From the NCBI GenBank assembly GCA_016839605.1, contig JAEOTX010000241.1:1-32516 (forward strand): a stretch of 32,516 bases of DNA, in the 5' to 3' direction. The notes beneath the pieces are model-generated. The model saw only the letters and a program-made list of their open reading frames with translations. It was not told where the DNA came from and did no database searches. Positions within the stretch are counted from its first letter, which is position 1; each line of letters opens with the position of its first letter. Origin of the DNA: Candidatus Thorarchaeota archaeon (GTDB lineage: Archaea; Asgardarchaeota; Thorarchaeia; Thorarchaeales; Thorarchaeaceae). Below, one piece after another: positions 26,088 to 32,516 of this stretch. Position numbers and translations under genes: made by a program.

Positions 26088-27068
26088 TTGAAGACAATGT
26101 CGAACAATCCCCTCTCTACAGTTACCGAAGGAGTCCATCTGTTCATCCCGCCCCCGGATAGAATCGCAGGGTGGAGAAGATCTGGCAATGTAGTCCTTCT
26201 AGACGGTGAGAGGGCACTATTCCTCATTGATACTGGGGGACCATCTGCTAGGAAGCAGCTTGTTGAGATTGTCAGAGGTCTTGTCAAAGGTGAAGATGAA
26301 TCCGTACATTGTGTACACACACATGGACACATCGATCATATGGCTGGAACTCCAATAATGGAGGAGAAGTTCAATGCGAAGATATGGGCACCTCGTGATG
26401 CGATTCCCTTTGTTGAGAAGCAATCACCGATTTTCCTGGAGAAAGAACGTGAATCACTCGTAGTGTCGTTTCGGGATCTGTTCACCGCACCCTCATGGTT
26501 TGTCAGAGCTGCAATGCGCGTCGCTCTGGGTAGAACACGTTCACTGACTTCGGTGGGATGTCTAGATGATGTGCCAGGATTCCTCGACACAGGTTTTCAT
26601 CCAATACCACTCCCAGGCCATCATTACGGTCATACGGGCTTCTTCAATGAAGAGAAAGGGATTCTCATCGCAGGAGATCTAATAGACGCCAGACATCGAA
26701 TGAAGCCCATCTTGACGGCTCCCTCATCAGACTACCAGTTGATGAAGGAATCTATCGAGTCCATCAAAAGACTTGAACCCGTGTTGCTCCTTCCAGGCCA
26801 TGGAAATCCGATAGCTGGCAAGGACAATATTCAGACTGCCAGCGAGAGAGCTCTGCACACATTGAAGGAGGCAATTGGGGCTGTCACCTCGATTCTAGAA
26901 TCCGAGGCTTGTTCGCTCCCCGAGCTCTCTTCGCGACTCACGAGGATGGGTCTTGGACCTGGTGACGTGTTCCGGCGGATGTTCATCCACAGTATACTTC
27001 GTCACCTGATGGAAACAGGACAGGCAAGCAAACAGACAACGCGGGGAAAGACTCTGTTCTCAGCATAG
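26088..27068 (+). CDS. Metallo-beta-lactamase-fold hydrolase with C-terminal wHTH-like domain
   Basis: LIDTG, HTHGHIDH, PGHH.GH, AGD, PGHG. The start could be ATG 26097. Confidence 0.88.
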   Translation: MKTMSNNPLSTVTEGVHLFIPPPDRIAGWRRSGNVVLLDGERALFLIDTGGPSARKQLVEIVRGLVKGEDESVHCVHTHGHIDHMAGTPIMEEKFNAKIWAPRDAIPFVEKQSPIFLEKERESLVVSFRDLFTAPSWFVRAAMRVALGRTRSLTSVGCLDDVPGFLDTGFHPIPLPGHHYGHTGFFNEEKGILIAGDLIDARHRMKPILTAPSSDYQLMKESIESIKRLEPVLLLPGHGNPIAGKDNIQTASERALHTLKEAIGAVTSILESEACSLPELSSRLTRMGLGPGDVFRRMFIHSILRHLMETGQASKQTTRGKTLFSA

Positions 27069-27076
27069 AACGAGAT

Positions 27077-28699
27077 TCATTCGGAGCTCATGTCCTTGAG
27101 TGCAGACCGTAGAATCTTACCATCTTCCGCCGTAGGCAGAGAGTCCTTGATGATTACATCCTTGGGTTTTTTGTAGGATGCCATCTTTCCAGTGCACCAA
27201 TCGATTATCGCCTCAGAATCCAATTGCACTCCCTGACTAAGAACAACAAACGCCCAGACTACCTCACCCCAGACTCTGTCAGGAACTCCTATCACAACAG
27301 CGGTATCGATCTGGGGATGCTGGCAGAGTATTTCTTCCACCTCGGCGGGGAAGACTTTCTCTCCGCCTGAGAAGATCAGCTCGCTCTTCCGCTCAACATA
27401 GTAATAGTTGCCCTCATCATCTACTCTGAAGAGGTCACCAGTATGAAACCAGGAGCCATCGAAAGACTCGCTTGTCGTCGATTCATCTTCATGGTATCCC
27501 TTCATGAGAGAAGGACTCCTGTAGATTGCCTCTCCAATCTCTCCAGGAAGCACGTCCTCACCGGAATCATTTACAACTCGCATCTCGACTCCGCTAATCG
27601 GCTTCCCGATGTAACCCTCTGTTATCTTGGGTATATCATCTACGGTCAGAAATGAATAGATGGCGGCACCGATGTTCTCTGTCTGACCATATCCGTCAAC
27701 AAGGACTGTATCTGGAAAACGTGTAAGAATCTCCTTTTTCGTAGCTGCAGGCATCTTAGACCCGCCAGAAGACAGCAGAGTCACAGATGTCATATCATGA
27801 GAGTCAAGCCCAGGATAGTCAAGAAGTATCCTGAATTGAGTAGGCACCATGAAAATGGCAGTGATCTTCTCGCGTTCCACAATCTCAAGTATCTCTTGAG
27901 GTAGAAAACTGAGAGACTTGGGAAACACCACAGGTCGTTTCATAGCGGTCATGATTATGGCAGGCATAAAACCAGACAGGTGATACAGTGGAGTTGGCAC
28001 TAGGAACTTTAGTTCGTGGTCGGTTGGAAGCAATGCAGACTCAGGAACAGACCCATCAAAAATCAGTTTCAGACCGTGGTCAGGAATGAGTGTGCAAGCG
28101 TCAAGAAGTGCTTGGTGGGTGAAGTTAGTGCCCTTGGGGAGTCCTGTTGTGCCCCCTGTAAAGAGTTGCACCCCAAGCAGGTCAGATGATAGGGGGAGAG
28201 CAGGGTCATCTGATGTCATCCCCTCAATAAAATCCGCCCAAGCAAGTGTCTTTCTTCCCGGATTTGTCCGTCCGTCAACTACAATCATGGGGGGTCTCTC
28301 TTCAGTATCTGGGATTGCGTCGACTATCTGACCCTCAAAGTGGGTGCTGCAGATGCAAACTAATGGTCTGGCGGTTTCAAAGACGTGTCTAATCTCTCTC
28401 CCCACGAACCTCGTACTGATAGGTGCTGGAACCATCCCAGCTCTCTGGGCACCGTAGAGTGATACAAGGTACTCAGGTCGGTTCTCCATCACAATTGCGA
28501 CTCGCTCTCCAGAAGAGTCGGGATATGCCCTAAGAAGTGCGTTGGCTACTTCAGATATGTACACGTCTATGTCAGACCAGGTGAGATGTGTATCGCCATA
28601 TACCACAGCCAGTAGGTCGCCATAATCAAGCGCGTTTCTCTTCAGGAGGTCGCAGAATGCCCTAAGAGGGGCATCCTCTTCAGCATCCGCAGGACTCAT
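27077..28699 (-). CDS. Long-chain acyl-CoA synthetase (AMP-forming)
   Basis: FTGGTTGLPKG, GYGQTE, WFHTGD, ER..ELIFSGGE, GKILR. Confidence 0.93.
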   Translation of the reverse strand: MSPADAEEDAPLRAFCDLLKRNALDYGDLLAVVYGDTHLTWSDIDVYISEVANALLRAYPDSSGERVAIVMENRPEYLVSLYGAQRAGMVPAPISTRFVGREIRHVFETARPLVCICSTHFEGQIVDAIPDTEERPPMIVVDGRTNPGRKTLAWADFIEGMTSDDPALPLSSDLLGVQLFTGGTTGLPKGTNFTHQALLDACTLIPDHGLKLIFDGSVPESALLPTDHELKFLVPTPLYHLSGFMPAIIMTAMKRPVVFPKSLSFLPQEILEIVEREKITAIFMVPTQFRILLDYPGLDSHDMTSVTLLSSGGSKMPAATKKEILTRFPDTVLVDGYGQTENIGAAIYSFLTVDDIPKITEGYIGKPISGVEMRVVNDSGEDVLPGEIGEAIYRSPSLMKGYHEDESTTSESFDGSWFHTGDLFRVDDEGNYYYVERKSELIFSGGEKVFPAEVEEILCQHPQIDTAVVIGVPDRVWGEVVWAFVVLSQGVQLDSEAIIDWCTGKMASYKKPKDVIIKDSLPTAEDGKILRSALKDMSSE

Positions 28700-29037
28700 T
28701 TCATCAATGCCTGGAGTTTTATCAGGTCGTTCATGGGACCTTTTGCCTTGACTTTGCCACCCATGAACGCACGTGTGGGACTCAGGGACCCGTCCATGAT
28801 AGCCATGATTGCGTCTGTCGTGGTGGTTATCTCCAATTCTGCGTCTTCGGCGATACCATCAACGATTTTAGCTGAACCTCCCTCAAAGACAATGTGACAC
28901 GTCGCTTCCTCACTGTCAGTGAAGTGGAACTGGAGGGTCTTATTGTAGTCTGCGAATCTCGACTGATACTTTGGATCATCCATCTTTTCCACCATCTTCC
29001 CCAGAGAAGTCATTACTTCGTCCTTGGATTTCGCCAT
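28696..29037 (-). CDS. SCP2 sterol/lipid carrier domain protein
   Basis: G.LSP..AFM.GK.K.KG SCP2 signature; ATG 29037 (MAKSKDE). Confidence 0.9.
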   Translation of the reverse strand: MAKSKDEVMTSLGKMVEKMDDPKYQSRFADYNKTLQFHFTDSEEATCHIVFEGGSAKIVDGIAEDAELEITTTTDAIMAIMDGSLSPTRAFMGGKVKAKGPMNDLIKLQALMK

Positions 29038-29077
29038 CTCTTCACAACCTTGCATCATTTTCGATATTCATCGCCTC

Positions 29078-29836
29078 TTATTTCCCCTTCCATTCTGCAG
29101 GACGCTTCTCCATCCATGCCTCAAAGCCTTCGATTACGTCCTCTGAGCGGAAGAGTTCATTGAATGGTTCCCACAAAGCTCCAATCTCCCGAATTCCTCT
29201 TCTGAGAAACTCCTTGGTGAGCTTCTGTGATAGGGGTGCCACAAGCTTGATCTCTTCACAGAGTTCTGTTACTTCTTTCTCCAGGTCGTCATGAGCAACT
29301 ACCTTGTTCGCCAAGCCCATTCTATAGGCCTCTTGTGCGTCAATGGAACGGCCAGTGAAGGCTAATTCCTTGATGTAACGCATGTTGTATTCGTGAGCTC
29401 TGACAATAAGCAGACCGGACATAAGTCCACGTCGGTTCTCTCGAAGCGCAAAAACAGCCTTGTCAGATGCAATTACGAGGTCGCAGAATAAAGTAAGCTC
29501 GAAACCTCCTGCGTAGGCATGGCCATTGACCGCAGCAATAACTGGTTTCGGATATCGCTGAAGTAGCTCTATAGGGTCCAAGATGATACCTAGAAACTCG
29601 CCAAGTCCCTGAAAGCCCACAGTGCTCATTTCTTTGATATCAAGACCGGCGCTGAACGCTGTGCCCTCTCCAGTGATGACCAATGCCCTCACTGTATAGT
29701 CATCATATGTATCCTGCAACACTTGCATGAGCTCCATCCATGTCTGACGAGATAGAGCATTTCTTACTTCGGGCCGATTGAAGGTGATCCAACCGATGCC
29801 ATCCTTAACTTCGTACTTAATGCATTCGAAAGTCAT
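29078..29836 (-). CDS. Enoyl-CoA hydratase/isomerase
   Basis: NRPE.RNAL, FSAG.D, PKPVIAAVNG.A.AGG.EL and E..RG; both catalytic Glu are present. Confidence 0.93.
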   Translation of the reverse strand: MTFECIKYEVKDGIGWITFNRPEVRNALSRQTWMELMQVLQDTYDDYTVRALVITGEGTAFSAGLDIKEMSTVGFQGLGEFLGIILDPIELLQRYPKPVIAAVNGHAYAGGFELTLFCDLVIASDKAVFALRENRRGLMSGLLIVRAHEYNMRYIKELAFTGRSIDAQEAYRMGLANKVVAHDDLEKEVTELCEEIKLVAPLSQKLTKEFLRRGIREIGALWEPFNELFRSEDVIEGFEAWMEKRPAEWKGK

Positions 29837-29850
29837 CCTTTGTTTTCCTC

Positions 29851-31083
29851 CTATAGATCGTTTGGGTCGACTCCTCTAAGCACCCTAGGCAGCATCGAAG
29901 GATCAGGAGTCTTCTTGAACTCTTGTCTTCCAACAAAGAGCTTGAGAACGTCATTTCCTCCACCTGTCACCTTGGTGAGAAGGGCATTCTTCAGAATTGA
30001 TGCGGCTAAGAACTCCTCCGTGTAGCCATCACCTGAGAGAATGACAAGTGCATCCTCCGCGATTTCAATAAGTGCGTCGGTGGAAAATATCTTACAGATA
30101 GCAGCATCGACTCCAAACTGGAACATGTCTGCAGACCCGCTGTCCAGTTGCGCTGCCAGCGCGTAGAGGTAAGTTCGAGCCAGTTTCAATTGAATTGCCA
30201 TGTCAGCCATTCTGGTCTGAATGGTCTGGTATCGAGATATCGGCGCACCAAATTGCACTCTTCTTCGACCATAAGACCTAGCAGTCTCCACAAGCATCCT
30301 TGCTTGACCGACTGTTGCAGCGATGCCTAGACGCTCTATGTTGAGACCAGAAGTCATTACCGTCCAGCCATCGCCCTCGAAGAGAATCATGTTGTCTTCT
30401 GGTACTCTAACATCACGAAACCGAATGACACTATTGAACATCTCCACATTACCTGTCAGTTCATTAATCTTCTCGATTGTGATTCCAGATGTTTCTCTAG
30501 GTACTAGAAATGCAGAGAGATGTGTGTGTGTTGCTTGTGCCTCTGGAGAGGGGTCAGTGACTGTGTACGTCATTAGATAATCAGCATTTGCCCCCAAGGT
30601 GATGAAACGCTTCCATCCATTGAGTATGTATTCATCGCCGTCTTTCTCAGCAAATAGCTGGACGTTGGATGCGTCATTTCCCACATCCGGCTCAGTGACA
30701 CAAATTGCAGTCCACTTCTCCCCTTTCAGCATCGGTGTTAGGAAGTTCTCCTTCTGTTCTGGAGAACCGAATAGATGAACAGGACCGCCTCCAAAGACCG
30801 TTGTTAGAAGAGGATTGATGTTTAGATAGCATCGACCGAACTCCTCGTTCAGAATTGTATAGCCAGTGTAACCCTCCTCCCGACCACCATGCTCCTCCTC
30901 CACCAGCATGGCAAGTGGGTGGAACCCCTTATCCACAACGAATTTGCTGATCTCCCACTGAACCTCCATTGCTTGGTTGTGATCAATCTTGTCAGCTAGA
31001 GGGCGCAGCTCTGAGTTTACGAACTCTTCAACCTCGACTGCGAATCTCTTATTCTTCTCAGTCCACCATGGTAGTATTTCCAT
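29851..31083 (-). CDS. Acyl-CoA dehydrogenase
   Basis: TEP..G.D, LNG.K.FIT, L..ER, R.QFG.PI..YQ, K..ST, G.GY. ATG 31083 after a GAGGTG RBS. Confidence 0.93.
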   Translation of the reverse strand: MEILPWWTEKNKRFAVEVEEFVNSELRPLADKIDHNQAMEVQWEISKFVVDKGFHPLAMLVEEEHGGREEGYTGYTILNEEFGRCYLNINPLLTTVFGGGPVHLFGSPEQKENFLTPMLKGEKWTAICVTEPDVGNDASNVQLFAEKDGDEYILNGWKRFITLGANADYLMTYTVTDPSPEAQATHTHLSAFLVPRETSGITIEKINELTGNVEMFNSVIRFRDVRVPEDNMILFEGDGWTVMTSGLNIERLGIAATVGQARMLVETARSYGRRRVQFGAPISRYQTIQTRMADMAIQLKLARTYLYALAAQLDSGSADMFQFGVDAAICKIFSTDALIEIAEDALVILSGDGYTEEFLAASILKNALLTKVTGGGNDVLKLFVGRQEFKKTPDPSMLPRVLRGVDPNDL

Positions 31084-31096
31084 TCTTTTTGCACCT

Positions 31097-31375
31097 CTAG
31101 AATCCTGACTTGTCCAGTCCATAGCGCAGGCTTACATCCCCCACCTTATCCAATCCGCGCCATGTTATCTTTGCAAGCTTGATCTTACCTCTTGGATCAA
31201 TCCAAACATTGACCAAGCCATCCTTCTCTAATGCCAATAGTGCATCATCAAAAGAAGGAACATCATCCATTCCAAGCTTGCTCATCATATCCTCTTTCTC
31301 GGAATGCAGGGCCTGTGAATATTCAAACTCTTTGGCAAGCAGATCCAAAATGCTGCCACTCAGGTCTTTAGACAT
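31097..31375 (-). CDS. Small winged-helix-like protein heading the acyl-CoA operon
   Basis: IL.LL...FDDALL.LEKDGLV.V...KIT..G wHTH pattern. ATG 31375 after GGAGG. Confidence 0.65.
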   Translation of the reverse strand: MSKDLSGSILDLLAKEFEYSQALHSEKEDMMSKLGMDDVPSFDDALLALEKDGLVNVWIDPRGKIKLAKITWRGLDKVGDVSLRYGLDKSGF

Positions 31376-31588
31376 AAGGTCAGTCCTCCGTTCAGGAAAC
31401 GCGTACCCGCAACTTAAATAGTCTGTCAGATTTGCCTTGGTGAAATACGGAAACCTAGTGAGCATTTGCAATTTGAAAGTGTAATTTTGACTTCGGCATC
31501 TCGCTAGGAAACATTCGACATTAGTTTATTAGCTAGGAAAACGGACCAAGAGAAGACTACATTCGCGATGTAGTTGGAGGAAAGACAT

Positions 31589-31942
31589 ATGTCCGACAAA
31601 CCAATGGGCGTCTTGATACTTGCATTACTGCAGCTACTATCAGCCCTCGCATGGCTCTCCATGGGAGTGCTTGCGCTGATGGCTTTCGGGTTTGACCCGA
31701 TTGCCCTACTAATCGGCGGATTCTTCTCCTTTATTTTCATAATTGTGGGAATAATTGGGTTGATACTGTTCTATGGCCTTTGGACCACAAAGGGATGGGC
31801 TTGGTTATGGACCCTCATAATCAATCTCCTAGGCATACTTGGTGGCATCGGGGATTTCATGGGCAACATAATTCCTCTGGCAATTAGCATTGTCATCGTT
31901 GTCTACCTGCTTCTGCCTGGAACTCGATCCCATTTCGTGTGA
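31589..31942 (+). CDS. Small 4-TM membrane protein (paralog of 8474..8875)
   Basis: KPMGV.IL, YGLWTTKGWAW, IVVYLL; ATG after GGAGG. Confidence 0.75.
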   Translation: MSDKPMGVLILALLQLLSALAWLSMGVLALMAFGFDPIALLIGGFFSFIFIIVGIIGLILFYGLWTTKGWAWLWTLIINLLGILGGIGDFMGNIIPLAISIVIVVYLLLPGTRSHFV

Positions 31943-32096
31943 GATTGAAGACATAGAACTGTTGAGATCAGAGAGTTCTAAGCGCGTTTGCGGGATTGGA
32001 CTCTCTACCTCCTTTTCTTTTTGAAACATGTTTAGTGCGATGTTGCTTTAATGATAGTGCTATTATTCATCCGGGACCATTTTCAATCGAGCTGAA

Positions 32097-32363
32097 ATGG
32101 CACTCAATGATTCAGAATCCGAAGAAATTGCAAGGAGAGGTCGCTACAAGTACCTCTATGCTGCAATCTTCATTATCGCGACCTCCGCTACCACGGTAAT
32201 GTTGTCTATTGGCGGGTATATCTCTTTTGACCCATTCACTGCTTTTGTTGCCAGTCTGTTTGCAGGATTTGCCTTTCTTCTCTTTCAAGTCACTTACGTT
32301 AGATTTGTAGTAAACTCTACACATTCTGCACGAAGAAGAGAACCCCAGCCAGACCTTCAGTGA
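32097..32363 (+). CDS. Hypothetical 2-TM membrane protein
   Basis: Two hydrophobic helices with a positively charged N-terminal flank. Confidence 0.55.
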   Translation: MALNDSESEEIARRGRYKYLYAAIFIIATSATTVMLSIGGYISFDPFTAFVASLFAGFAFLLFQVTYVRFVVNSTHSARRREPQPDLQ

Positions 32364-32516
32364 TTTTAGTAATGAATGCTAGCTGTCATAAAACGCTTCG
32401 ACCAGAAACTGGCCCCATTTTTCACTACATCTCTTCTTTGCCAAGGCCAAGGCAGAGCCTATGTGAGCCACATCAGACTTTTTTGACATCCGTTCTGTCA
32501 CATTCCCAATCAAGAA

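Noticed and set aside
1-32516. Many short antisense or nested ORFs; CRISPR, transposase and defence genes
   Set aside because: The short ORFs are shadows of well-supported genes. No repeat-spacer array or mobile/defence motif was found by eye.

Overview
Gene-dense archaeal chromosomal window, most consistent with an Asgard archaeon (Thorarchaeota-like). The evidence is eIF5A, eL13, Nob1, a PAC2 proteasome chaperone, an intron-containing archaeal tRNA and Bet3/TRAPP-like proteins. Most of it is housekeeping or metabolism: a PfkB kinase, GlnA, an aminotransferase, an orphan PorG, NAD kinase, a NikR-controlled Ni/Co ECF transporter and a fatty-acyl-CoA oxidation cluster. The most interesting region is 1751-6788. 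It holds a duplicated two-gene module, [Roadblock-like domain + LPPPP/Pro-rich linker + tandem winged-helix protein] -> [Bet3/TRAPPC3-like protein], plus a third V4R protein and two convergent, apparently related membrane proteins: a candidate proto-TRAPP/GTPase-regulatory system. Other notable items are tRNA-Leu(CAG) with a 29-nt intron at the non-canonical 43/44 position, a 612-aa SNAP-like solenoid ending in an HbYX motif, eL13 fused to an HhH domain, DUF72 with a C-terminal PIP-box-like motif, a stand-alone PH-like protein and a triple GTGTYAC NikR operator. No CRISPR array, transposase or integrase was seen. All family calls come from motif recognition by eye, not from database searches.
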